Positions 10,693 through 24,790 of a DNA stretch of 64,000 nt are shown one piece after another. The DNA comes from Macrostomum lignano (Eukaryota), in contig NIVC01002313.1 of NCBI GenBank assembly GCA_002269645.1, positions 1 to 64,000 on the forward strand, read 5' to 3'. The notes under the pieces are model-generated. The model was not told the DNA's origin, searched no databases, and saw nothing but the letters and a program-made list of their open reading frames with translations. Position 1 is the stretch's first letter, and each line of letters starts with the position of its first letter. Both the position numbers and the translations under genes were made by a program.

Positions 10693-10951
10693 TCACTGCT
10701 GCTCTAATAAGCTGGCCACTTCCGGCCGATTCATCACGCGCAGCATCTCGGCCAGATCCCGGACGGCCGAGTCCTCCCTGTTCCTGGCCTCCCACAAGTC
10801 CAGCACGCAGGCTGTGGGGCTGGGCTTGCTGGCAAAGTAGCCGATGTAGCGGTCAACGCCAAGCAGGCGAGTCAGGGCGCGCCAGTCGTTGCCGCGCGCG
10901 TTTGGCGCGTCCAATAAATGGCAGAGCGCTTTGCGCAGCTTTGGCGGCAGT
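10693..10951 (-). CDS. UNC5: UNC5 exon 11, death domain, stop TGA
   Basis: catcccag|A LPPKLRKALCHLLDAPNARGNDWRALTRLLGVDRYIGYFASKPSPTACVLDLWEAR; the FASKPSPT..IL.LWEAR motif is characteristic of UNC5. Confidence 0.95.
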
Positions 10952-11008
10952 CTGGGATGGGATTTTACAGGGGTTAACATTTGGGATAATTAAATTAAGA
11001 AACGTTTC

Positions 11009-11560
11009 TAGCTGACACAATTGCCAGTTCAAAGCTACATGTAGCTGACACAATTGCCAGTTCAAAGCTACATGTAGCTGACACAATTGCCAGTTCAAAG
11101 CTACATGCAGCTGACACAATTGCCAGTTCAAAGCTACATTCAGCTGACACAATTGCCAGTTCAAAGCTACATGTAGCTGACACAATTGCCAGTTCAAAGC
11201 TACATGCAGCTGACACAATTACCAGTTCAAAGCTACATGCAGCTGACACAATTGCCAGTTCAAAGCTACATGCAGCTGACACAATTGCCAGTTCAAAGCT
11301 ACATGCAGCTGACACAATTGCCAGTTCAAAGCTACATGCAGCTGACACAATTGCCAGTTCAAAGCTACATGCAGCTGACACAATTACCAGTTCAAAGCTA
11401 CATGTAGCTGACACAATTGCCAGTTCAAAGCTACATGCAGCTGACACAATTGCCAGTTCAAAGCTACATGCAGCTGACACAATTACCAGTTCAAAGCTAC
11501 ATGTAGCTGACACAATTGCCAGTTCAAAGCTACATGCAGCTGACACAATTGCCAGTTCAA
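11009..11560. repeat. 33-bp minisatellite (AGCTGACACAATTGCCAGTTCAAAGCTACATGC)
   Basis: About 16 copies filling UNC5 intron 10. Confidence 0.95.
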
Positions 11561-11616
11561 ATCTGACAGACCCAATTGTCAAACGTGAGCCAACGGCGCA
11601 CAGCCCTCCAGCTCAC

Positions 11617-11744
11617 CTGAACACCGTGTTCGTCGGGTCGATCTGAATGCAGCCGCCGCGGCTGTCCATCGAGGAAGACGAAGTCGGCGGGCCTCCTCCG
11701 AGTGCAAACGGATTGCACTCGATGCTGAAGCGGTTGGGCTGGTC
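11617..11744 (-). CDS. UNC5: UNC5 exon 10 (linker to death domain)
   Basis: ttttccag|DQPNRFSIECNPFALGGGPPTSSSSMDSRGGCIQIDPTNTVF AG|gtgag; phase 0-2 fits both neighbours. Confidence 0.85.
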
Positions 11745-11789
11745 CTGGAAAAGATGAAAACAATTTTTGAGCTGGTTTAGAGTCTCTAG

Positions 11790-12240
11790 TCATTCTGGTA
11801 TCCCCTCTTGTCACTCTGGTCATTCTGGTATCCCCTCTTGTCACTCTGGTCATTCTGGTATCCCCTCTTGTCACTCTTGTCATTCTGGTATCCCCTCTTG
11901 TCACTCCTGTCACTCGGGTCTCTCTCTAGTCACTCTTGTCACTCTGATATCCCCTTTTGTCAATCTGGTTATTCTGGTATCCCCCTTGTCACTCTTGTCA
12001 CTCTGATATCCCCTCTTGTCACTCTGGTCTCCCCTCTTATCACTCTTGGCACTGTATTCTCTTCTGTTGTCACTCTGGTCTCCCCTCTTATCACTCTTGG
12101 CACTGTATTCTCTTCTGTTGTCACTCTGGTCTCCCCTCTTATCACTCTGGTATCTCCTCTTGTCACTCTGGTATCCCCTCTTATCACTCTTGGCACTCTA
12201 TCCTCTTTTGTTGTCACTCTGGTCTCCCCCTCTCACTCGG
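11790..12240. repeat. About 30-bp degenerate minisatellite (CATTCTGGTATCCCCTCTTGTCACTCTGGT)
   Basis: Fills UNC5 intron 9. Confidence 0.9.
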
Positions 12241-12311
12241 GTCTCTTCTCTTGTCACCTTGGCCTATTGTCAGCAGCTGTAGCATCTCAAGCCTCAGTCT
12301 GACCAACTCAC

Positions 12312-12491
12312 CGCATCAGCGTCGCTGTTCTCTCCGGCAGTGACAGTGACAGTCTGTCTGGCACTGTAGCCGCCCTGTTGGTAGGCCACGATTCTGCAGA
12401 GCAGACTGCGCCTCGTCGGGTCCACGTGCTCCAGGCTGAATGTGCAGTGCAACTCCTGCTGACGGCCGCTCCACAGGTGGCAGAATGGCAC
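12312..12491 (-). CDS. UNC5: UNC5 exon 9 (C-terminal half of UPA domain)
   Basis: attctccag|VPFCHLWSGRQQELHCTFSLE...DADA|gtgag; matches UNC5 'QEIPFYHIW...LHCTFTLE'. Confidence 0.93.
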
Positions 12492-12659
12492 CTGGAGAAT
12501 AGGCAGTGAAGCAGCAACTTTAGCTGAGATTTTCAAGGTAAAGTTTGTGAATCTTTGACACCCCCTCTGGACTTCTCTGACACTTAACAAGGAGGAGAAA
12601 TAGTCAGAACTGCTGTGCACTCTGAGCATTTGCCTGTGTGTTTCTGTGTCTGTCAGTGT

Positions 12660-13720
12660 TTCTGCCTAATACGTGTACGTGTCTTCCTGTGTGTCCAAAT
12701 ACATGTGTATTTATCTGGCTTTGTCTTGCTGTGTGTCTGGCTGTGTGTCTGGCTGTGTGTCTGGCTGTCTGGCTCTGTCTTGCTGTGTGTCTGGCTGTGT
12801 GTCTGGCTTTGTGTCTGGCTGTGTCTGGCTGTGTCTGGCTGTGTGCCTGGCTGTCTGGCTTAGTGTCTTCCTGTGTGTCTGTGTGAATTTATCTTTGGTT
12901 GTGTCTAGCTATGTGTGTCTGGCTGTGTCTGGCTTTGTCTGGGTGTGTCTGGGTGTGTGTCTGGCTGTGTGTCTGGCTGTGTCTGGGTGTGTGTCTGGCT
13001 GTGTCTGGCTGTGTGTCTGGCTGTCTGGGTGTGTGTCTGGCTGTGTCTGGGTGTGTGTCTGGCTGTCTGGCTTAGTGTCTTCCTGTGTGTCTGTGTGAAT
13101 TTATCTTTGGTTGTGTCTAGCTATGTGTGTCTGGCTGTGTCTGGCTTTGTCTGGGTGTGTCTGGGTGTGTGTCTGGCTGTGTGTCTGGCTGTGTCTGGGT
13201 GTGTGTCTGGCTGTGTCTGGCTGTGTGTCTGGCTGTGTGTCTGTGTGTCTGGCTGTGTGTCTGGCTGTCTGGGTGTGTGTCTGGCTGTGTCTAGCTGTGT
13301 GTCTGGCTGTGTCTGGGTGTGTGTCTGGCTGTCTGGCTTAGTGTCTTCCTGTGTGTCTGTGTGAATTTATCTTTGTCTGGTTGTGTCTAGCTATGTGTGT
13401 CTGGCTGTGTCTGGCTTTGTCTGGGTGTGTCTGGGTGTGTGTCTGGCTGTTTGTCTGGCTGTGTCTGGGTGTGTGTCTGGCTGTGTCTGGCTGTGTGTCT
13501 GGCTGTGTGTCTGGCTGTCTGGGTGTGTGTCTGGCTGTGTCTGGGTGTGTGTCTGGCTGTCTGGCTTAGTGTCTTCCTGTGTGTCTGTGTGAATTTATCT
13601 TTGTCTGGTTGTGTCTAGCTATGTGTGTCTGGCTGTGTCTGGTCTGGCTGTGTGTCTGCCTTATGTGTCTTCCTGTGTGTCTGTGTGCATTTATCTTTTT
13701 CTGGTTGTGTCTGGCTGTGT
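12660..13720. repeat. Composite (TGTGTCTGGC)-type array with a 200-270-bp super-unit
   Basis: Core TTAGTGTCTTCCTGTGTGTCTGTGTGAATTTATCTTT at 12860, 13072, 13338 and 13566. Confidence 0.9.
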
Positions 13721-13860
13721 GTCTGCCTTGTTTCTTCCTGTATGTCCGAGTGCGTGTGTCTTTGTCTGTCTTGTCCGGTTTGGTCTGGCCATGAAATTCA
13801 ACTTTCGCCACAAGCCCATCCTGCAAAACTAATACCTAAAGCGTGAGCATAGCAACAAAC

Positions 13861-14660
13861 CTCCTGTCGTTTCGACTTGCTCCGCCAGCCAAGCGACAGC
13901 TCTTCAATGCAGAAGCAGAACGGCTCCCCGCTGTCCTTCAGCGTCAGCTGCTTCGGCGAGTCGATCAACCGCCAGGCGGAGGCTGAGTCACCGACAGCGC
14001 CGACGCTGGCGCCAGCGAAGTCGTGGTGCTGATGCTGGTGCTGATGCTGATGCTGATGCTGGTGCTGATGCTGATGCTGATGCTGGCTCAGCACCGACTG
14101 AACCGCATCTGGCGTGTCCGGCACGACGTGAAGCCTCAGGCAGAAGTCGCCGATGCCGCCAGCGACAGTCGCTCCAGCCGACGAGACGAAGGCGATCAGG
14201 CTGAGCCGCTTGACTGCGCTGCCGCCTTCCAGAGACTCGCCGACAAGGCAGTAGCGGCCAAGCCGGTCCGCCATGAGGTGGCTGGACGCTCCGTCGAGTT
14301 GGCAGTAGCCCGACGATGCCAGCGACTCGCTGCCGACTCTCAGGTACTCCTGCCAGCCGCCAATGCCTCCATCGATAACATCTCCGTTGCCGCCACCGAC
14401 GCCGCTGTTGCACCTGCTGTGCAGCACCGACACGTTCCAGAAGCCCTGACGCAGAGCGGCGGCATGCGGCATCGACACAATCGCGCACCGGCCAGGCGCC
14501 GGACAGTCGGTCGAGGAGGCCGCGGAGCCGCAGACAACGACGGGGCTGAGCAGAGTTTGCCGGTCAGTCAGGTGCGGCCGGTCGCGGCTGTCGCAGCTGA
14601 CGGCCAGGAAAATCTCGGCGCAGTGGGTCAGCGCTCCGGCCGGGATGGTCAGGGAGATGC
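13861..14660 (-). CDS. UNC5: UNC5 exon 8 (ZU5 and UPA, with a (QH)10 insert)
   Basis: aacccag|GC ISLTIPAGAL...DRPHLTDRQTLLSPVVVCG...LGRYCLVGES...SAVKRLSLIAF...KRQE|gtttgt; 800 nt, phase 1-0. Confidence 0.93.
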
Positions 14661-14737
14661 CTGGGTTTGGCGGGGGGATTTTGGGATTGCGATGACTCAT
14701 AGGTTCCGTCTTGTCGGTGTTGTAGTATTAATATCAG

Positions 14738-15196
14738 GAATTCTTCCCAATGGGATCAATAGGATATTCTTCCCAATGGGATCAATAGGATATTCTTCCC
14801 AATGGGATCAATGGGATATTCTTACCAATGGAATCAATGGGGTATTCTTCCCATTGGAATCAATGGGGTATTCTTCCCAATGGGATCATTTGAGGTGTTC
14901 TTCGCAACGGGGGTCAATGCGGTATTCTTCTCAATGGGATCAATGGAGTATTCTTCTCAATGGGATCAATGGAGTATTCTTCCCAATGGGATCAATGGGG
15001 TATTCTTCCCAATGGGATCAATGGGGTATTCTTCCCAATGGGATCAATGGGGTATTCTTCCCAATGGAATCAATAGGGTATTCTTCCAATTGGGATCAAT
15101 GGGGTATTCTTCCCAATGGGATCAGTGCGGTATTCTTCCCAATGGGATCAATGGGGTATTCTTCCCAATGGGATCAATGGGGTATTTTTCCCAATG
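14738..15196. repeat. 26-bp minisatellite (TATTCTTCCCAATGGGATCAATGGGG)
   Basis: About 17 copies filling UNC5 intron 7. Confidence 0.95.
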
Positions 15197-15206
15197 GCAG
15201 CCTCAC

Positions 15207-15647
15207 CAGCCTCGGGCAGGCACAGCCGCCCCCCGCTCGGCCCGATGCTGCCCCAGGCCAGCTGCTCGTGGCAGATGCCAGCCGGGACAAAGGAGGCGGT
15301 CACGTGACTCCCCAGCGACAGCTCGTTGTACAGCGCCGAGCAGGGCCGGCTGATGCCGTCCTCGTCGCCGGGGCATTTCTCGTCCAGCTGGCTGTTGCTG
15401 TACACGCCGGAACTCGGCGGCCGGTACTGCAGACTGGTGGACTGATGCAGCGCGGCGGGATGCTGATGGTAGGCCTGGGAGATCGGCAGGTGTACTCGGA
15501 GGGCCTGCTCACTTTGAAGCAGACTCGACTGCTGCTGCTGCTGCTGCTGCTGCTGCAGCTGCTTATAGGACATCTCCATCACGTTGGGATTCTTTATAGT
15601 GGTGCCGTTGTTGTTGCCAAACCCAGTCTCCGGAGGCAGGAGGAGCT
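15207..15647 (-). CDS. UNC5: UNC5 exon 7 (juxtamembrane region with Q9, start of ZU5)
   Basis: atatccag|AG LLLPPETG...QQQQQQQQQ...AWGSIGPSGGRLCLPEA G|gtgag; phase 1-1. Confidence 0.88.
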
Positions 15648-15753
15648 CTGGATATGATTATTATTATGATTATTCTATAGTGAGTGCGATTGTAGATGCT
15701 ATTAGTACTATTATATTGTTATTAGTATTAGTATACTGATAATCTGCTGGTGG

Positions 15754-15930
<177 letters not shown>

Positions 15931-16032
15931 TTATTGCGATTATGATTTAGTACAAATGATTTAAGTGATAGGGCATCAAATCCCTGAATAGTAGCGTTAA
16001 AAAACCGGGTGATCATTAATAAAATAGGATTA

Positions 16033-17349
16033 CCAGGCTGCTTAATAAGTTCGCGGAAAAACATACTTATAGTTATCGCACAGTCGTGAAATTTTACACA
16101 CACTTAGCCCAACCTAATGGCACTTCTCAACATAGTCCCCAGCCAGATCAACGCATTTCTTCATCCGATGAAACCACGCCGCAAAGCAGTCCCTCAATTC
16201 CGCCTTTGTGACGGCTTCCAGCTCCGCATTCAACGCCTGTTCCAGCTCCTCACGAGTGTCGAAGCGCTTCCCCTTCAGATTTTTCTTGATCTTCGGAAAG
16301 AGAAAGAAGTCTGCAGGCGCGAGGTCGGGCGAGTAGGCCGGATGCGGCAGCAGAGTCAGCTCAGTTGATGCCAAGAACTGCTGCGTGACACTGGCTCTGT
16401 GAGCGGGCGCGTTGTCGTGGTGCAGGAAAATGCCGCGATCTCTGGTCTTTGGCCGCTCTCGACGCAGGAATTCCAGCACCTGCGGCAGGCAGACACTGGA
16501 GTACCAGCTGCCAGTCACTGTGGCTCCCTCCTCGAGCAGAACGGGCGGCAGAATTCCGCACCGACGGAAAAACACCGCAGCCATCACTTTGCCGACGCTT
16601 CGTTCGCGACGAAATTTCAAGGGCGAATCCTCCTCAAAGGCGACCCACTGCTTGCTCTGTACTTTTGTCTCGGGATCATAAAAGTACACCCACGTTTCAT
16701 CACCTGTGAGGATGCCGTCCACCAAATTTGAGGCGCCTGCGTCGAACTTGTCGAGCATGAAGTTCGCAAAATCCACGCGGGCCTGCATCTGAGCCGGCTT
16801 CAGTTGATGAGGGACCCAGCGAGCTGACACCTTCCTCATGCCGAGGTGATCGTGCAAGATAGTAATGACGCTTGAATCCGAAATCCCGACATGTTTTTCG
16901 ATTTCCCGAATCGTCACTCGGCGGTCTGCATCGAGCAGCTTTCGGACACTGGCCACAGTCGTGTCCGAGATGGACGAATTTGGACGGCTTTCACGTTCAT
17001 CATCGTCCAGCTCCAGACAGCCGGAGCGGAATCGACCGAACCACTTGTACACCATCGTCTGGGATGGGGCTTCACTCTCAAGGGCCTTTTTAAGCGTCTG
17101 CAAGCATTCGGAGGCAGACAGGCCAAGCCGGAATTGGACCAGAATTGCGACTCGCCTGTCGCGCTCAGTCAGGCGCAGCACTGGAGCGGGGGTTTCATCA
17201 CTTCTTCGGCCACTGCGTCGCAACATTTTGGCCAAACTGGCTGAAAATTTGTGTGAAAGGTGCCAATATCTGAAGGAAAAAGTTCATAAAATTTCGTTTG
17301 ATTCGCTTGAAGATAAGTTTGGTTTTCCGCGAACTTATTAAGCAGCCCT
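16033..17349 (-). mobile_element. Full-length mariner (Tc1/mariner, DD34D) transposon, about 1.3 kb
   Basis: Perfect 25-bp inverted repeat GGCTGCTTAATAAGTTCGCGGAAAA at 16036-16060 and 17323-17347. TA at 16031-32 and 17350-51. Encloses the transposase ORF. Confidence 0.95.
16114..17226 (-). CDS. Mariner transposase, intact, 370 aa from first ATG
   Basis: HTH N-terminus, WVPHQL, TGDETW, HHDNAPAH, YSPDLAPAD; 34 residues between the 2nd and 3rd catalytic Asp; no stops or frameshifts. Confidence 0.95.
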   Translation of the reverse strand: MLRRSGRRSDETPAPVLRLTERDRRVAILVQFRLGLSASECLQTLKKALESEAPSQTMVYKWFGRFRSGCLELDDDERESRPNSSISDTTVASVRKLLDADRRVTIREIEKHVGISDSSVITILHDHLGMRKVSARWVPHQLKPAQMQARVDFANFMLDKFDAGASNLVDGILTGDETWVYFYDPETKVQSKQWVAFEEDSPLKFRRERSVGKVMAAVFFRRCGILPPVLLEEGATVTGSWYSSVCLPQVLEFLRRERPKTRDRGIFLHHDNAPAHRASVTQQFLASTELTLLPHPAYSPDLAPADFFLFPKIKKNLKGKRFDTREELEQALNAELEAVTKAELRDCFAAWFHRMKKCVDLAGDYVEKCH

Positions 17350-17948
17350 TATTAAAAACGGTTATAAAAAACGCAGTATTACTGTTAGTAGACGTATAAA
17401 TATATGCCAGTCATTTTGATTTCCTAGAGATAATCCATTTTTTAAAAGAGTTCATTTTTATCAAATTAAATTCTCTGTAGAATTCATAAGTCACATCCAG
17501 ATTCCCAGTTGGCAGCATCTGGCTAAATTGAATTTAAAATTTAAACAAAATTCCACGAACCGTTCTCGGTTCTCACAGGACCCGCCGCGCAGGCTCCTAT
17601 GGGAGTTAAATTAAGACTGAAAGCCGAAATTTCCCATCAAAGTAATATCGAAAATCCAGCTGACAAAATACCGTCGTTAAAATATTTTGAACTCGTCTTT
17701 AGTGTGACGCAACAGTCATATTCTATATTGGGACTCCTGGGATGCTGAGACTGGCGATGCGCCTCATCAAATATTCTCTGCTGCTTCGCATTTTGATTGG
17801 CCCGTGGCAGGCAGACTCAAAACATAGAAATGAAACTGAAGATAAATTATTTAGGAGACTCGAACTAATTGAAATGGAAAATGCGATTTGGAGAATATTA
17901 CTGTCCGGCGAAAAGTCTTTTTAAAGTTGCAGCTCTCTTAATCTACTG

Positions 17949-18460
<512 letters not shown>

Positions 18461-19388
18461 GACTTATGAGTGGATAAAACATTACTCTCCGAGGTTACCC
18501 AGTGCGAATTCTGAGTGAGTCATAATCCACTTGAGTAGGAGATGAAAAATGAAAATCCGCAAGCCCAGCTAAAAGCAGATTGACAATTTCTGTATTCGGA
18601 CTTGAATCGAGCAACTGCCTGAAGCAGCGGGGCCCTCAAACAGTATCTGTCTTATATAAAGCTTTCAAAGTGTGTATTGACACACGCTGTCTGCAGATCT
18701 GCCCTATGTGCTCAGCATTCAGTCTGGCTCAGTGAGAGGTGGGGCTGGCCTGGTTCGGCAGCCGCTGACTCAGATTCTAATTGGCAGTCTGTGAACGAAA
18801 TTTTGTGTCTGTGTGGGGTGGGTGAGAGAGAATAGAGTTGAGACGATGGTGGCTGACTCGGGTCATGTCAGAGCTCATGGGAGCAGGGAGAGTTTGGGAG
18901 GATAAAATATCGGGGAAGATAACTAGTAGGATGAGAATATTTCCAAGGAATAAAAAGAGAGCCAGCAGCAACCCCAGGAATCGTGAATTGCTCAGTTGTT
19001 CGCCGCGCCGCTGCCACCCTCACCCAACCCCCCCCCTCGAACTCGGGAGGCTGTGTGTAGTGATGAAGGAGGAGATGCAGGCAGGATAGCTAGAGTATAT
19101 TGATTAGCGCAGGCCTGTCCGCCCATGTGAGATCATCGCAGCTCTTAGGGTTGCATGCGCGTTGAAAATTAAAAATATCCCCCAAACCCCCTATAGCCTA
19201 TAGCTCTCCCCTCAATTCCTCCCGTGAGTTATCGTGCTCATCAACGGCTCCCCCTCTCTTGCTGTCCGGGGAAAAAGTAGTGATGTTTTAATATTTTTAT
19301 TAATATTTTCAGTCTGCTCTGTCAGCTGGCCAGTTGATGACGGAGATGATTAAGTCAGCGGAGTTGATGGACTACACAGTTTTGTGTC

Positions 19389-19945
19389 AGAGCCTGTCCT
19401 AATGAGCCTGTCCTACAGATCCTGTCCTAATGAGCCTGTCCCACAGAGCCTGTCCTAATGAGCCTGTCCTACAGAGCCTGTCCTAATGAGCCTGTCCTAC
19501 AGAGCCTGTCCTAATGAGCCTGTCCTACAGAGCCTGTCCTAATGAGCCTGTCCTACAGATCCTGTCCTAATGAGCCTGTCCTACAGAGCCTGTCCTAATG
19601 AGCCTGTCCTACAGATCCTGTCCTAATGAGCTCGTGTAATGCCTCCCTATAGAGCCTGTCCTATAGAACCTGTCCTACATAACTGTCTTATAGAGCCTGT
19701 CCTGCAGACCCTGTCTTACAGACCCTGTCCTACAGAGCCTGTCCTACAGCCCCTTGTCCTTCAGTGTCTGTTCTAATGAGCCTGTCTTACAGACCCTGTC
19801 CTACAGACCCTGTCTTATAGAGCCTGTCCTGCAGACCCTGTCTTATAGAGCCTGTCCAACGGAGCCTGTCTGTAATGAGCCTGTCCTGCAGACCCTGTCT
19901 TATAGAGCCTGTCCAACGGAGCCTGTCTGTAATGAGCCTGTCCTA
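19389..19945. repeat. GAGCCTGTCCTA(AT/CA)-based 14/28-bp array
   Basis: Tandem copies degenerating 3'-ward. Confidence 0.9.
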
Positions 19946-20878
19946 ATAGTGCCTGTCCCACAGTGTCTATTTACATGTAAGTGTCTGTCTTATAGTTTCT
20001 GTCTCATGGTGTCCACCTGTCCTACAGTCTGTCCTACAACGTCAAAATGTTTTACTTTCTTAAAAAAATACCATGCCAAAATATTTGAGCAAAAAAATGG
20101 AACAGAATTAAACAAATAAGTGATGGAATTACAATTTCTACAGGGTGTTATGAAATTCGGTATTAGTAAAGTCAAACCAATCAGACAATATTGTTAACAA
20201 TTAATTCAATCAACCAATGCTTCAACACAAAATTATGAACGAATATTTACGAGTACAGTTTGAAAATTACCGTGAGTAAGTTTTATGGCCTCCTTATCAC
20301 TGGAGCTGGCTGTGGAGCTGTTGCCTGTAAATTATCGAAAGTTCGCAAGCACTGACTAACCTGATGCGACTGATTAATTAAGACCGATAAAGACAGGAAG
20401 GCAACCAGATATTGCAGCAGACAGGGGCCGCAGCCCAGCGGTGCGCTCTGATGTGCCAGCGCCCCAGGCTCGATTCCAAGTGCAGTAACATTAATTTGGG
20501 GCTGAACTGGAATCTCGGCTTGGCTCTGCTCGTGTAATTAGCGCCCTTAAGGGCCAACCCCCAAGGCACAGTGAAGTGTACATGCCTAACGATAAATAAA
20601 GTTAGGGGCCGCTGTGCACTCCTGTGTGAGTGTGTGCCTGTGCGTATGACTGCGTACGTATCCGCGCGCTTGTGTGCCTGCTCAGGGGAGTCGGCGGAAT
20701 GGGCAGCAATGCCTCTCGCTTAAAGTGCACACAGCCCCAAGCCTCTAATAAAGAAAGAAGCAACTCATATCGCAGCAAATTCATGCGTAATAAGATATTT
20801 TTACTTAAATCTAATAACATAATATGTAGCTACTTTAGTAACTTTTTTGTAAAAAAATAAATAATTCAAAGAACTCAC

Positions 20879-21090
20879 CATTCATCTGCACATTGTACCG
20901 GATTCGCCTGCGGCTGGAGCTGCGACCCAGGGCGACGGACTTTTTGCGGACCAGAAACACAATAACCACCAGTACTGTGAGGATGACTGTCACGGCAACG
21001 AATAAGCCGACATAGATGGCTATGTTGCTGAGGGCCACCATGCTGTGCGAGTTGCCTGCGGATAGCGCGTGGGAATGCTGCTGGTGGGGA

Positions 21091-21094
<4 letters not shown>
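20879..21094 (-). CDS. UNC5: UNC5 exon 6 (transmembrane)
   Basis: ...[29 protein letters not shown]...QMN G|gtgag. The phase-1 acceptor lies in the end of the (CAGA)n array, so the exon starts at 21094, 21106 or 21118. Confidence 0.88.
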
Positions 21095-22290
<1,196 letters not shown>

Positions 22291-22844
22291 CAGGCAGGCT
22301 GACAAGAAAACAGACACTGAAAGCAGAAATCCAAACCGAAGCCAGGCTGACCCAGCAACCGGCACACAACACTGGCAAAGCCCACAGATTAGCAGCTAAT
22401 CGAGCCCACAGTGCAGACGCAGCCAAGTGTCCCTAAGCAGACTTAACAGATTGTTCTGTTCAATTAGTTTTTCGTTTAAGATGAAGAATCCCTTGGAGTA
22501 TGACATCCTCTTGCTGGTGAGTTGGTTAGCAACAAATTTTTTTACTGTTTCTCTTCTCTCTTCGGATTTTCCCTTAGCACAGAGCGTAATATGGGGATTT
22601 CTGTAGCTGCCGCAGTTGCTCAAATACCAACAGTTCGACTTCCCCGGTTTTTGAACCCGTGACCCCGAAATCTCCCTGTTTGGCGCTCACAGTGGCTTAA
22701 GCTGGGGCGTTTAGCTCGGTAATGGCTTCTTAACTGGCTGTCTGGTCCTCTGGTAGCCTCGCATTGACTGGGTTTACCAGTTCAGAAATGAATATTCTTT
22801 GAGAAGGCTATAGAAAGTCAGGGCGGGAAATGGAGATAATTTGA

Positions 22845-24790
22845 GGATAGAATACGCTATAGAAGATAAGGATAGAATACGCTATAGAAGATAAGGATAG
22901 AATACGGGATAGAAGATAAGGATAGAATACGGGATAGAAGATAAGGATAGAATACGGGATAGAAGATAAGGATAGAATACGGGTTAGAAGATAAGGATAG
23001 AATACGGGATAGAAGATAAGGATAGAATACGGGATAGAAGATAAGGATAGAATACGGGATAGAAGATAAGGATAGAATACGGGATAGAAGATAAGGATAG
23101 AATACGGGTTAGAAGATAAGGATAGAATACGGGATAGAAGATAAGGATAGAATACGGGATAGAAGATAAGGATAGAATACGGAATAGAAGATAAGGATAG
23201 AATACGGAATAGAAGATAAGGATAGAATACGGAATAGAAGATAAGGATAGAATACGGAATAGAAGATAAGGATAGAATACGGAATAGAAGATAAGGATAG
23301 AATACGGAATAGAAGATAAGGATAGAATACGGAATAGAAGATAAGGATAGAATACGGGATAGAAGATAAGGATAGAATACGGGATAGAAGATAAGGATAG
23401 AATACGGGATAGAAGATAAGGATAGAATACGGGATAGAAGATAAGGATAGAATACAGGATAGAAGATAAGGATAGAATACGGGATAGAAGATAAGGATAG
23501 AATACGGAATAGAAGATAAGGATAGAATACGGAATAGAAGATAAGGATAGAATACGGAATAGAAGATAAGGATAGAATACGGGATAGAAGATAAGGATAG
23601 AATACGGGATAGAAGATAAGGATAGAATACGGGATAGAAGATAAGGATAGAATACGGGATAGAAGATAAGGATAAAATACAGGATAGAAGATAAGGATAG
23701 AATACGGGATAGAAGATAAGGATAGAATACAGGATAGAAGATAAGGATAGAATACGGGATAGAAGATAAGGATAGAATACGGAATAGAAGATAAGGATAG
23801 AATACGGAATAGAAGATAAGGATAGAATACGGAATAGAAGATAAGGATAGAATACGGAATAGAAGATAAGGATAGAATACGGAATAGAAGATAAGGATAG
23901 AATACGGAATAGAAGATAAGGATAGAATACGGAATAGAAGATAAGGATAGAATACGGGATAGAAGATAAGGATAGAATACGGGATAGAAGATAAGGATAG
24001 AAAACGGGATAGAAGATAAGGATAGAATACGGGATAGAAGATAAGGATAGAATACGGAATAGAAGATAAGGATAGAATACGGGATAGAAGATAAGGATAG
24101 AATACGGAATAGAAGATAAGGATAGAATACGCTATAGAAGATAAGGATAGAATACGGAATAGAAGATAAGGATAGAATACGGAATAGAAGATAAGGATAG
24201 AATACGGAATAGAAGATAAGGATAGAATACGGGATAGAAGATAAGGATAGAATACGGGATAGAAGATAAGGATAGAATACAGGATAGAAGATAAGGATAG
24301 AATACGGAATAGAAGATAAGGATAGAATACGCTATAGAAGATAAGGATAGAATACGCTATAGAAGATAAGGATAGAATACGGGATAGAAAATAAGGATCG
24401 AATAAGGGATAGAAAATAAGGATAGAATACGGGATAGAAAATAAGGATCGAATAAGGGATAGAAAATAAGGATAGAATACGGGATAGAAGATAAGGATAG
24501 AATACGGGATAGAAGATAAGGATAGAATACGGGATAGAAGATAAGGATAGAATACGGGACAGAAGATAAGGATAGAATACGGGATAGAAGATAAGGATTG
24601 AATACGGGATAGAAGATAAGGATAGAATACGGGATAGAAGATAAGGATAGAATACGGGATAGAAGATAAGGATAGAATACGGGATAGAAGATAAGGATAG
24701 AATACGGGATAGAAGATAAGGATAGAATACGGGATAGAAGATAAGGATAGAATACGGGTTAGAAGATAAGGATAGAATACGGGATAGAAG
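22845..24790. repeat. 25-bp satellite (GATAGAAGATAAGGATAGAATACGG)
   Basis: About 77 copies; source of the spurious 701-aa ORF. Confidence 0.98.

Noticed and set aside
12660-13720. CRISPR-like look (constant core with variable spacers), also considered for other arrays
   Set aside because: Spacers are simple repeats rather than unique sequence; eukaryotic intron; no cas genes.
13566-13826. Acceptor-like ttttgcag 40 nt after the exon-8 donor, opening DGLVAKVEF...
   Set aside because: Direct splicing 13861->12491 restores the conserved QE|VPF motif; this ORF runs into a microsatellite.
15340-15365. GDEDG as a caspase (dependence-receptor) cleavage site
   Set aside because: Not a DxxD motif, and positional equivalence to the vertebrate site cannot be shown by eye.
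14023-15657. 544-aa + strand ORF
   Set aside because: Antisense shadow of UNC5 exons 7-8 reading through a satellite.
22645-22710. Box-B-like GGGTTCAAA on -
   Set aside because: Box A unconvincing; at most a very decayed SINE head.
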